Shown here piece by piece: positions 49,205 through 61,771 of a stretch of DNA of 64,000 bases. Numbering within the stretch: the first letter of the stretch is position 1; every line of letters starts with the position of its first letter. The notes beneath the pieces were generated by a model that ran no database searches, was not told the origin of the DNA, and saw only the letters and a list, made by a program, of their open reading frames with translations. The stretch spans positions 69,502,745 to 69,566,744 of the forward strand of contig NC_068983.1 in NCBI RefSeq assembly GCF_001194135.2, written 5' to 3'. Source of the DNA: Octopus bimaculoides (taxonomy: Eukaryota). The position numbers were made by a program, and so were the translations under genes.

Positions 49205-50025
49205 TTCTTTTAACTTAAAGAATTTTAGCCGAATTAATCGTCCTCAGTACTTTTTTTTATTTTTAAAGCCTGATACTTATTCTATCGGTTTCTTTTGCCG
49301 AACTGCTAGGATACGGGGGACGCAAACGCATCGACACCGGTTGTCAAACGGTGGTGAGGGACAAACACACACAAAACTCTCTCTCACACACAGACACACA
49401 CACGACAGGCTTTAGTCAACCAGAGACTATTGTAGAAGACATGTACCCACAGTGCTATGCAGTGGGACTGAACCCCGAACTACGTGGTTGAGAAGCAAGC
49501 TTCTTACCACAGTGACACCTGTGTATGTATGTGTGCGTGTGTATACATGCATATATGTATATATAAACACACATACACACACACGCATCGCAAAGACTTG
49601 CCTTTAATCCGATCGGGTAATTAAAATCTATTATTCTAGGGCGGTGGATTGGCAGAATTGTTAGAAAATATTTTGCGATGTCTGGCTCGGCCTTTTGCGT
49701 TCGGACAGCAACGCTTACGACAACACTGGATCCCTAGCTGAATCGGCCCCTAGTCAACAACTAGATAAAGATCGGTGGCGTGGAGAGGGGAGATAACTGT
49801 CACTCCTGAAATCATCAAGACCAGGCCTGCTTGATGCAATAGTCCCTTGCAGGTGAACTCAGAACGTAAAAAGCAAGACCAAATTCAGTAAAAGATGGCT
49901 TCTCAACTACGCGGTTTCGATTTCAGTCCTACTGCTTGGCATCTTGAGCATGTGTCATTTACTATAGAACTGTGCCGATCAATTCCTTGTGGGTGAATTC
50001 AGTTGACAGAAACTATGCTGAAGCT

Positions 50026-50065
<40 letters not shown>

Positions 50066-50526
50066 TCTCNNNNNNNNNNNNNNNNNNNNNNNNNNNNNNN
50101 NNNNNNNNNNNNNNNNNNNNNNNNNNNNNNNNNNNNNNNNNNNNNNNNNNNNNNNNNNNNNNNNNNNNNNNNNNNNNNNNNNNNNNNNNNNNNNNNNNNN
50201 CGGTTCGGTGAAAGAAAATCCAATGAAATAAGCACCAGACTTGAAACAAAAAAATTCTTCGGATGATCTATTCGGCTAAACCTGTCAAGGTGGTACTCCA
50301 GCACCGCCGCAATCCAATGTCTGAAACAAGTAAAAGAGAGAATAGAAGAACGAAGCAATTCCACCACACCAGCTGCTTTATCTTATAGAAACGATGAAAG
50401 ACAAAGTCGAGTATGGCTCTTTGATGTTCAAACGTTAATCCATAACGCATGGTCTTGTTGCAATATTGTCTTCAGGTTCTTGCGTAAAAGGCATGTTTTT
50501 ACCCTGTAAGGTATCACTACGGTTAT

Positions 50527-50557
<31 letters not shown>

Positions 50558-51946
50558 TCGCAATCCTACTATTGTTAGCTACAAGTGTTAAAAATATTAT
50601 CCAGTATACTAATCGATAAATCCTGCACTTGTCGTTTCTGCTCACTGCACTATGTAGGTTTTGGCGTACACAGTATGAATTTCTATTACATGATAATTAT
50701 CCTGAACACTAGGTCTGAAAGTTTCGGCTGTTGTAAACATATGCCTAAGTCCCTTTTAAAGAACTAGAAAATTTCGCCTGTGCCTAATTAATTTTTGCTA
50801 TTTTTTCCAGCCTTATAATTCAAGGTCAAAGATAGATAACTCCTTTTCCTTTTCACTTATTTCTGATTACTTTTCTTTTTCCGTTTTCCGTTTTTAACTT
50901 TCCACGTTTTCTATATGTTTTCTTCTCAACTTTTCGCGTTTCTTTCATTCAATTTCTAGTTCCTTATGCTATGTAATTTGTGCCTAATGTCTATGCGGAG
51001 ATGTTACACATGCTATAATTCATTTTTTGGCATGTTCTCGGCCCAAGAAACTATTAGTAGCACATATAAACATGAATTGTGTCTATTAAATAATATTTGT
51101 CTCTCACAAGTTGGAGTACTTATTTTGTTGATCTTACCATCACGGAACTGTACATTATCTATCTATCAATCTATCTATCTATAATTATAAGTTTTCACCG
51201 TAGATATTGGTTTCAAATTTTGGCATAAGGCAGCAAGTTCGGGTTGAAGGGGTGAGTCGATTACATTGATCCCAGTGTTAAACTGGGGATTATTTTATCC
51301 ACACCGAAAGGATGAGAGGCACAGAATTTGAACGTGGCAGAATTTGAACGCGGAACGTAAAGGCGGACGAAATGCTGCTAAGCATTTTTCCCGGCGTTGC
51401 TAACATTTCTTCCTGCTTGCTGCCTTCTTTCACCGTATATACTGACTATAGAAGATTAACGCGGCAAGCTGGCAGAATCGTTAGTACGCCGGGCAAAATG
51501 CTTAGCGGTATTTCGTCCGTTTTTACGTTCTGAGTTTAAATTCCGCCGAGATCGGCTTTGCCTTTCATCCTTTCGGAGTCGATAAATTAAGTACCAGCGC
51601 AACATTGGGGTCAGTGTATTCGATCAGTCCCCTTCCCACAAAATTTCAGGCCTTGTGTATTTAGTAGAAAGGATATTGATTATAGAAAATAGTCTTAATA
51701 TTGGGGCGTAAATAGCCACGAGGGGGAAAAATGGCTATTAGTAGTCGGAATTGAACCAGGACTTCTTATTTTCGCGATGATTATGCTACGTATTTACATC
51801 AACTAAACCATCCAGTTCTCTCCCGCTTAAATTTAAGGTCTATGATTTCATTATATTTACAAAATGTTCACTCGTCACCGTTTCTTAACTTACGTAAGAC
51901 ATGCATACATACAGACAGCAAACATAGAGACAAAGTGATTGATTGA

Positions 51947-52019
51947 TAGGAAGACGGTAGTTTCGATCTATGGACCTCTGGGTTATGGGCCTAGCACGCT
52001 TCTATTGCGTTACTCTACT
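51947..52019 (-). pseudogene. Decayed initiator tRNA-Met (CAT) copy
   Basis: Reverse complement reads AGTAGAGTAACGCAATAGAAGCGTGCTAGGCCCATAACCCAGAGGTCCATAGATCGAAACTACCGTCTTCCTA. It aligns to eukaryotic tRNA-iMet (AGCAGAGTGGCGCAGCGGAAGCGTGCTGGGCCCATAACCCAGAGGTCGATGGATCGAAACCATCCTCTGCTA). The anticodon loop and initiator-type GATCGAAA T-loop are kept; acceptor and D stems are broken. Confidence 0.85.
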
Positions 52020-54237
52020 CAGCGAGTGTTTAAGTCAATATATAATGTATCATTTCTTATATTGTCTGTTCTGGGTTACATTACTTCTCTTACATCATCA
52101 ATCATATGTTATTTAGTTATTATTTATTTATTTATTTCTATGCATTGGACTGTTTCAAACGAACGAAATATAGTAACTACACAATGCATATTGCAGCACT
52201 GGGATGTTAATTTACTTGCTGAAAGGGGACATATCGCTCTGACAATACTTCGAGAGTCACATTTGACGAACCACATACATAGATCATTGCGTTGCAAATT
52301 TCACTGGATGTCACTTTATATTCCATTTTCAGATCAGCCAGAAGCAAATCAATTCTTTATGTTTCCCCAGCGCAGCATAGCAATCGAGCTTGCTAGTTCC
52401 TACTATTGTAAATTATAATAATGTTGTCTTACAATTGTTAACAATACTATTGTTACTCTACCATTGTTATTCATAATATTGAGTTCAAACTTTAGCACAA
52501 GGCCAGTAATTTTAGGTAGGGGATAAGTTGATTACATTGACCCCAGTGTTCAACGATTTGAATTTAGTGTAATGAAATTCCCCAAGACATTTTGTCCTAG
52601 GCTGCTTCGTTTCAAGTGATCACCCACCCATCTTTTTTTATCATGTAAGTAAATGCAATATCAGCAACCCTCTTCTAGGCTTTGCAGCTGAGTGCGATCA
52701 AGTGAGGAAAATATCCTCTAATCGGAGACCTTGCCCGAATGTTTAAACCGGGTGATTTATTGGTTTCAAAATTTTGCACAAGGCCAGTAATTTTGGGGGA
52801 GTGAGTAAGTCGATTACATCGACCCAAGTGCTCAACTGGTACTTCAATAAAACTAAAGAGTTAATGAACATTGTATTTTATGCCATTAACTGTTATAGCG
52901 ACTGATATCTGAGCGAAATTATGTATTTGTGTACAAACGTGTGTGAACGAATTTTTGTCGTATTTCATTTTCGGTTATTGAGCTATAACTCACCCGCCAT
53001 ATGACATGCTGAATAGAGCGGCCGGATATCACGCTTACTGTCCAAATGATAGAAAATCGAAATCAAAACTAAACAAATTAATTATTCAATGAATAAAACG
53101 ATACTTTTCACCTGGTTAATAGCTAATGACGCCAACGTTAGGCCTTGTAAGTTCCAGTTTCTGATATCTCAGAGCAAACAATCAAGAAAGCAGATTTGAT
53201 AAGGCAGAGACTCCTTAATATTGGTGGTTAGACATTAAGGGTAGGTATATGTTATTTTTAAATATTTTTTTATGGCAGTCGAACAACAGCATATGACATA
53301 TTTTCACTGCCCCAGAGACTAACATTACAAATGTTTTAGTCCAACGGAGTAGATCTTTTCATTGAAATATTCATCAGTACCGATTGTAAATATATTGTAT
53401 TTTACCGATTGTAGAATACCAAAAGCACACAAAACAAGCAAAAAGACAAGAAGAAAAAATATTGAATCACAATGAACACATACAGCAACAACAACAAGGA
53501 ACATTTAAAAGAACACGTAATTGGAAAAGAAATTATTTTGAACAGATTAAAAAATGATAGAATAACTACAATAGGATAAATACACAGACAAATATGTTGG
53601 TCCAGGAAGATTATGAACATAGTCGCAGTTTGAGCCAATTTTTCCTCTGACGTTACACAGGAAAAGATATTAGGCTAGATAAAGTTTTCGGAAGAAGAGT
53701 CGTTGTGTATTGTGTATACTTAGTGCATGTAATCCAAAAGAGGGTAAAAAGAGAACAAATTTATCTGTGTTTTAAGAAACAACGTTTTACACCTCTTTTG
53801 GAAACAAAAGTTTCTGAAAGAGGCATCATACGAAATATTGGTAAATTGACCACTTAAAATTTACATGACTATCTGCTGTGCTTTCAGGACAGAGAACACA
53901 ACAAGAAATTTAGATTGAAACAATCTGATATATCGTCGAATCTTAATATATGATGTTTTGCTTTGATAAGTTTCTGTATTAGATATGATTGCAAATGCTT
54001 ATTTTTCTGAAGCTAATGGAATACTCTTGTAACATTTGTCGTTAGTAACAGAGATAAATAGGTAGGATGTTAGCATCAACTTTGGTTCTTCGATTATGAC
54101 ACAATGCTTATTACACAATGCAAACATTCATCTTGACACGTATTCCCGATTTTTCATGAAAGAGGATTGACAAATTGTTTCCTAGTATAGTATAACACAG
54201 TACAGAGATGTCACAACACTGCAACGACCCTGTAGAT

Positions 54238-54350
54238 CAGTTGTTCTTAAGCTGGAAGTTGCGCTCTCTGGGGGTCGTTGTGAACTTACAAGGGGTCGGT
54301 AAATATCAAGGAAACGTTATGAGTGGCAGGTAGCGGGGTCGTTGTTTCCC
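54238..54350 (+). mobile_element. Possible hAT (Charlie-like) terminal remnant
   Basis: cagttgttcttaagctgg followed by repeated ggggtcg subterminal motifs. The other end was not found. Confidence 0.3.
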
Positions 54351-57300
54351 CCCAGTCAGGTGATAACCATCTCTCATGTTCCTACTAATCATGCAAGTCC
54401 TGAAAAGAGTCATGAATATTTTCTTTTCCCTTCTGATTAAACCATTAAAAATATATCGATATTTTACACCCATTTTAAAGAGTTTGATTACATTTCATGT
54501 GTGCTAATTAGGCATGCAAGTAGCGAATCCTGTAGAACAAACAGTTTGCTCTTGATGGAATCAGCCAGTTAGCTTCATTTCCCAAGCGAAACTGCTATTG
54601 CTCCAGAGAAGTATATTAGTGTTATAGCATTGCATTTCTGTCTATCACTATGACATGGCTTTTGTATTTATGATTGAGATAAAAATAATGCCTAGTAAAA
54701 CAATTTCCATGAAGTTCTTTGCTAAATGATTCTCTTCCTTATTAGTCTTTATCGTTGTCTAGTTCCGTTAGTGGATCATTGGAATAACCCAGTATCAGTT
54801 TTCATCTTCAACGTAAACTTCTTTTTCTGCTCGACAATTACTGGATTTCTCCCAGATGATTCTACCATTTTATAGATATCAACGTGCTTTATAGGTCAGG
54901 ATTATCAGCGAAGAAGACTACTACAGTAGTTTACACTAGTATTGACTTAAAGTAGTGAATCGAGTTTAACTGTTTTGAAAGGTTAAGATATTTTTAAATT
55001 CGTTAGGGATAAGATATAAGAAGTTGCGATGCCATTAAGTTTTCCCTTGAAAGGCAACGACATCATGAAGAAAATGAAAAGGGTTTAGCTGGAAATCGAA
55101 AACGGGTCACGCACCCAGATGGTCTGAAGAATATCATTCCATAAACCCAAGGCCGGATATATTGATGAGAAGGAATAAGCTATCATTAAACCCAATATAT
55201 TTCGCACGTCGCTACGTTCTGAGTTCAAATTCCGCCGAGGTCGACTTTGCCTTTCATCCTTTCGGGGTCGATAAATTAAGTACCAGTTACTAACTGGAGT
55301 CGATCTAATCGACTGCCCCCCAACCTTCCAAAAAATTTCGGGCCTTATGCCTAGAGTAGAAAAGTATATTGATGAGAAGGAATAACATATCATTAAACCC
55401 AATATATTTCGCACGTCGCTACGTTCTGAGTTCAAACTCCGCCGAGGCCGACTTTGCCTTTCATCTTTTCGAAATCGATAAATTAAGTACCAGTGAAATT
55501 CTGGAAGGTCGATGTAATTGACTAGTTCCCTCCTCCAAAACTTCAGGCCTTGTACCTATAATAGAAAGGATATTAAACCCAATATTAGACTAGTATTTAT
55601 TTTAGCAGCAGTAGATTGATGAAAGCAAAGTCGACTTTAATGTAAAATATTTTGACCGGCGTTTTAACAATCCTAAACTATAATGACAGGCGAAATGAGG
55701 TGTTGTGATATTCATGTGTGTCCTAGAATTTCAGATTTGATCTGCGAAGGGAAATAATAATTAGACGACAATTTCAACATATATCTAACACATCACAGAT
55801 TATATGGAGAGAAATTCCATCTAATAAATTATTTCTAGTCATGTGTTAAGATATACAAATGAATCCAATAGCAGTATAATGCGTTATATAATTTTACTTA
55901 TATTCCAAATGGTACATTTATATCACCTGATGATAAATTCTGGGGAGTGCCTGATGTGTGTGTGTGTGTGTGTGTGTATGAAAAAAATGGATATAGTTTG
56001 ACCTCAGAGAAATTATATGATTCTGACAGTACCATTTTTGAAAGAGATTCAACCTCGTCGAAATTGCGCTCTTTTCTTTAAATTCCTTGCACATACATCA
56101 TCATTCCTATAACACAGTTGAATCAGAAACACCGATTGCAGTAGTAATCTGAGTAGTAATAGCAGTAGTTTTCTTGATTCCATTATATATGAAGTCCCCT
56201 GAGCGAGACATTTTCGTCGTAGTTATACTGTAGTAACAAGGTCATGTTGTTTACATTTTATATTCCTCTCGAGAATTACTCCAGATTCATAACCTCAATG
56301 ATTTTGCTTTTCATACTGCAATAAATAGTCTGTAACGCACACCGAACTAGGATTAGTTTTCAGGTTGTTTTAAAAAATTCATTTCATTGGGAAACGAATT
56401 TTTATTTATGTACTTAATTTCTGTTCTAAAACTATGTTTAGTTCTGCCTGAAAATTATGTATAGTTTCTGTTTTTACATCCATTAGGTTATCGTCACGTG
56501 CACACAGTCGAATGTTTTGACACATGATCAATCACCAAGTTATAGACGGAGGTTTGTAGATTTATATTTCCCTTTACATTTCCACGTGTCCCAGATTTTC
56601 CTGTTGTTTGTTTGGGTGAAAAAGTAATTCATTTTGCAATAGTATGTCATGTTATATCATCGAATTTCGAAAAGACTTGTCTTCAAGAATTAAATAAATA
56701 ATCAAAAACATCTTAAGAATATTTTTAATCGCAATTGCCTCACCTTTGTAGAAAAGAGTGTGAACATTAATTGGCATTTATACTTTCTACAACACCTGAA
56801 AATCTTTAAGTGAAGCGACATATTACGACCGGAAATAGAAATCGATTTGTGAGGTAGGATATCTGAAACTTAAGATATTAACATCATGGCAAAAATATTT
56901 AACTGGGATGGGAATTATCCCAGAAGAAATAGTCAACTTTCCTGAAACTTATACCTTTTCGATGTAATCGTAAAGTTGCACAGGGTGTGCTTGTGTTCTG
57001 CTCTCGTTACTACAAAAACATGAATTTAAAAACGATATAATTCATTTTAATTTAACAATGCTTTAGAAGAACTATCTATGCATATTCAGCGTATTTTCTG
57101 AAGCAATTCAATTTTTACCACACCAGTCGATGCAGTGTTAAACATTTATTAAATGATTCTTCCAGCACTACTTTGGCAATATGGCGAATTCCGTATCGTT
57201 GATGAGATTATAATAAGGCTGAAGCATATCTTGAATTACCTCCTGTATTTGTCAAAATAATCCACAAAATATTTTTCACTGATCAATGTTGGTTTTTCGT

Positions 57301-58437
57301 CAACGTAAAATAATTTCTAGTTAGTCTTTTAATACTCTCTACATAAAAACATTAATATTCATTTAAACATAGAATAAAATAATTAATCTTTCATCGATTA
57401 TCTTCTTATCTAGTTATTTATGTGCACCACTACCACTGTCTCACCTATCCTCTCCAGCATATCCTATCATCAAAAGATAAAATCCTTTGTTTTAATTCCA
57501 TTTGTTTGCTTCATTGATTATTTCAGTGTCTGCTCTGGTATCTTAGAAATTACAGAGGTTAGGAAATCCGATTCTTTTGAATCAATTATTACTAAACAAA
57601 ATAATAAAAAAAAAATTATTATTTCAAATGTGTCTTTTCAGCAAGATATTTTTATATTAACTACAATAATGGTTAATGTCTTATGATTAGTGAACTACGG
57701 GTTATATATGAGAAATGAAATACTTCCAACACAAATAAATGTGATAATAAAGGGAAAAAAACAATCTATTTGTACTTTATATATTTTATCATCATTATTA
57801 CAATAATAAAATAGTACTATAAAAAATAACGTGACCCGTAAAAATTGTCTATTATATAAACGTTATTTCTGTTTTTAAGCGAATATTTATAGATCATCAT
57901 GACATTGTTTCATTATATTAAAGATTTCGATTATTTCTTTGATTTCGTTCTATAGCTAAGGTTATTCAAAATGTAACACTCGAATTTGTTTCATTTCGTT
58001 CCAGAGTTAAAATTGCTAAAAGCGTGACGCTCGAATACATACCATAACAAGCAGAATGAAGCTATATATATTTAAGACAGTGACTGACGGCAATATTTCA
58101 AGCAGTGAGTAACGCATTTAAATATAACGTTTAGTCAAAGACCTTACCGTTTGAATCCAAATCTCACCGGAGGCGACTTTACAACTTCTCCTCCTGCGGT
58201 CAGTCAACTGGTGCTTAATCTTCTTGTCTTAACACCTCTCACAAAACTTCAGACCTTCTGCTTATGTCAAAAGCAATTATTAAGGGGAAGGATTGGTAGA
58301 ATCATTAGAAGTTCAGACAAAATGCTTTGAGGTTCTGTGCCTATAGTAGAAAGAATAATAACGATGATGACGATGATGACGATGATGATAATAATAATAG
58401 TTTATGTAGGACTGAAGTAACTCAACAGAAGTTTTTA

Positions 58438-58669
58438 TAGATATAGAGAGTAGAGTTCTTTACTTGTATACGATTGACACAATCCATCACTAAGGTAAAC
58501 ATAGCTGACGTAATCCATCACCAAGGCAAACTTAACCAAAAAATGTTGCTTTCGAGTCGCGCTTTTCGTCATTAAGTTTGCCTTGGTGATGGATTGCGTC
58601 AGCTATGTTTACCTTAGTGATGGATTGTGTCAATCGTATACAAGCAAAGAACTCTACTCTCTATATCTA
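58438..58669. repeat. Foldback/palindromic element, 98-bp arms (96/98 complementary), 36-nt spacer
   Basis: Arms 58438-58535 and 58572-58669, compared base by base. TAGATA...TATCTA termini. Confidence 0.95.
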
Positions 58670-58699
58670 ATAATAATAATGATAATAATAATAGTAATA

Positions 58700-59830
58700 A
58701 TAAGAGGACTGGATGTTGCGTCTTGTTTGCAAACACGAAAACAGCAAAAAATCCCATTCTATCGTTAAGGAAACCTGCGAATTCGTAAGGGAACTTGGTA
58801 TTAATCCTGAAATATCTGAAGAACCTGAAACCACTGCCACAAAACAAGCAAATGGACCAAGCAGACAGTAAAACAGAACGGACAGAAACAAATTGAGGAG
58901 CGGGGGTGCCAGAAGCCTCTGCATGGATGGTAAATTCTTCGGAGTCAAAATGTTGATGTAGATCAAGCAACAACCCCTCAGTGGCTGAGAAGTTCAGGAC
59001 TGAAAGCAGAGACAGAAAGTTTCATATTGGCGGTACAAGACCAAAGCTTGCTCACAAAAAACTACCAGGCTAACGTTCTTCAAAACGGTTCTGACCCTAA
59101 CTGCAGATTTTGCGACACATTTGACGGAGCAATAGACCATCTTGTCTCAGGATGTCCTGTGCTGACACCAAACGAATACAAAAATCTCCACGATAAGGTA
59201 GGACAGTATTTACACTGGAAAATATGTAGACACTAAAAAATCAGCAGGAGTGCTTACTGGTATGAACATCATCCTGAGCCAGTCGTTGAAGGTTAAAATG
59301 TCACTATCCTTTGGGATTTTCCAGTCAACCCTGACAGAGCGATCCAAACTTATCGACCAGACATAATCATTTAAGACAGGAAAAAAATACTTGTAGACTA
59401 ATAGATGTTAGTGTTCCCACTGATAAAAATATATCTGTAAAGGAATTTGATAAACTAAGAAAATATAAGGACCTGGAAATTGAAATATAAAAGATGTAGC
59501 ATCTTAAAACGAGAATTGTTCCTGTTATTGTACGTGCCCTTGGTATGATAAAAAAAGGGATGTCAAAAACATCTAGATAAGATCCCAGGAGAACCATGTC
59601 TCACAGAAATCGCCCCCCAAAATTGTACTGACAAGTACTTCCCACATGCTTAGAAAAACCCTATCCATTTAAATGTCTGTGATGTATTACATGAAGCTAT
59701 TCCGCTACTTCCGCTCCCCAAGCTTTCAGTCATACAGTAACATCTCTTATCCTTCACTCGCCCCAGGACACTGGATGTGTCTCGGTAAGTGACTGTAACA
59801 AACATGCAGATTAAAAGTAAAAAAAAATCA
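58700..59830 (+). mobile_element. R4/Dong-type non-LTR retrotransposon 3' half (CCHC zinc knuckle plus restriction-like endonuclease), decayed
   Basis: WLRSSGLKAETESFILAVQDQSL...CRFCDTFDGAIDHLVSGC...HDKVGQYLHWKIC...WDF...RPDII...LIDVSVPTDKN..KEFDKL.KYKDL, with several stops and frameshifts. Confidence 0.88.
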
Positions 59831-59925
59831 TTTCTACTATAGGCACAAGGCCTGAAATTTTAGGGGAGGGGGAATCGATTACATCGATTCCAGTACGCAA
59901 CTGGTACTTATTTTACTGACCCCGA

Positions 59926-61771
59926 TACCTGGCGACTGTGCCTGTGCGTGTCGGCCTAGGCCTTGGCTTCCTCAGGTGGTTTATCGCTTTGTATCACAAC
60001 ATTGACTCGATAGTTCGGGTGAATGGTTTCCTTTCGAAGCCGTTCTGCATCAGGCGCTCGGTTCGTCAAGGATGTCCGCTCTCACCACTTTTGTATGTGG
60101 TGGCTCTTGAGCCCCTACTGCGGAGGTTGAGTGGCATCCCGAGAGAACCAGGTTTAAAGGAGTTTGTTACAGTTTACGCGGACGATATCACTATCAGCGT
60201 AACCACAGTAGCANNNNNNNNNNNNNNNNNNNNNNNNNNNNNNNNNNNNNNNNNNNNNNNNNNNNNNNNNNNNNNNNNNNNNNNNNNNNNNNNNNNNNNN
60301 NNNNNNNNNNNNNNNNNNNNNNNNNNNNNNNNNNNNNNNNNNNNNNNNNNNNNNNNNNNNNNNNNNNNNNNNNNNNNNNNNNNNNNNNNNNNNNNNNNNN
60401 NNNNNNNNNNNNNNNNNNNNNNNNNNNNNNNNNNNNNNNNNNNNNNNNCGAGCAGGGTGGCTGCAGTAGTCAAGACTTGGTCTTGGCGGTGGCTATCCCT
60501 GAAAGGGAGGGCAGAGGTGGGCAATGTGTTTATCGCAGCGGTCATTACCTACCACCTGACCGTCGTGCCCTGTCCGTATTCGTGGTTGATCAGGTTGGAG
60601 AGACAACTCTTTCAATTTTTGTGGAAGGGCAGGTCACTACTTGTGAAACGCTCTGTCTGTTGTCAAAAGCCGTTAAAGGGAGGTTTAGGGATGCCTTGGT
60701 TAATAATGCGCAGGTATGTGTTGAAGTTGAGGCATCTCTGGATTCTCCTGGATGATGAACGGGTGCGGTCTCCACTGGCCAGACAAATGTTTCCCGAGTT
60801 CAAAAGTTTTTACGAACAGGAAGCCTGGTGTTTTCGTAGACCGAGTTCGAGTAAATGGCATAAAGAGTGCCGTAAGGCCCTCTTGCTATTCCGGCGCTCG
60901 GGCAACGCCAGCGGTGGGGACTCTCCACGAATTTTATATAGTGAGTTGGTAGAGTCTGAATGTGACGATGGCCTGGGGGTGACTAGGTCTCGGGTGTATT
61001 TAACTGGACAGCCTGTTCCATCGTACATTCAGGTTGAGAACGTTGGACAACTTCCAAAAGTCCTTGACCTGGCAATGTTACAGAGGTGCCTTGCCCGTTT
61101 GGGATAAGCTCACAAGACATGGTAAGCGTCAGTCTCCGACCTGTCCAAGATGCTGGGGAGACAGGGAAACCGTCCTTTATGCCATTGTCCAGTGTCCGGA
61201 GATAACTGAGATGTGGGTTTATGCTGAACACCAGTTGTCCGGCGAAGGAAGAGTACGGCTGTCGACTGAGTCAATTATAAAAATTGATCCACCGGGAGTT
61301 TTAACAAACGAAGGTAAGAATTGTTTTCTCACGGTTGTAGCAATAGCGAAAGAAGCAGTAAAGAAGACTAGGATAAAAGGAATTAAGACAGGCAACTTTA
61401 TCTCTGGCCACAGGTTACGTTCATTTTTTACTTTTCATTTGAAAGGGAAGATGTGGCTGTCGGAGAGTATGTTCTAAAAGGGATGGAAGCATGTTGCACG
61501 AGTGTTGTGCGTGCAAGGAACTGTGTGAATAGGCTATAAAAGAAGAAGAAAAAAAAGGTACCAGTGATAGATCGGGGCTTGTGGGGTTGGAGCGTGGCTT
61601 GATCATCGCTACATTTGTGTTGTCTCTGTATTGTTAATTTCATTCGATTTTCTTTTAATATTTTATATAATTTTTATATTCATATTCTATGTAAAATCAT
61701 AAGGTACTTCTGATTCCAATCAATTGTTTTGTCCATTTCTGTGTTTAGCCCCCTGTGGGCAATAAAGAAAT
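59926..61771 (+). mobile_element. 5'-truncated Tx1/L1-clade LINE: RT core, post-RT region, CCHC motif and 3' UTR
   Basis: VRQGCPLSPLLY...VYADDI (RT), WSWRWLSLKGRAEV...KGGLG.P, and CPRCWGDRETVLYAIVQC in a second frame (frameshift near 61.0 kb). T-rich UTR ends in AATAAAGAAAT. Internal gap at 60214-60448. Confidence 0.92.

Larger units (their letters stand above)
13163..60448. other. Eleven assembly gaps (13163-13693, 15008-15564, 16013-16022, 16508-16667, 25673-26124, 28389-28398, 33275-33283, 41234-41269, 48743-49169, 50071-50200, 60214-60448)
   Basis: N runs, mostly next to micro- or minisatellites. All X-containing ORFs are artefacts of these, except the Tx1 ORF at 59938-61107. Confidence 0.99.

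Noticed and set aside
12942-50367. Long X-containing ORFs and IY/HT/CV/LS-rich ORFs in the track
   Set aside because: Produced by N-gaps and microsatellites; no coding evidence.
51735-51812. Second tRNA-like stretch on the minus strand (GTCCTGGTTCAATTCC B-box)
   Set aside because: Only the T-arm is recognisable; no cloverleaf or anticodon assignable. It could be a SINE head relic.
51939-52418. 159-aa ORF, the longest gap-free ORF not explained by RIOK3 or a transposon
   Set aside because: Starts at TTG, runs antisense through the tRNA pseudogene and over a TTTA tract, and has no recognisable motif or splice support; most likely chance.
59787-59803. aagtgactgtaacaaa at the R4 element 3' end resembles the family B SINE tail (aagtgactgaaacaaa)
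   Set aside because: Only 15/16 nt in AT-rich sequence; too short to claim a second SINE-LINE pair.
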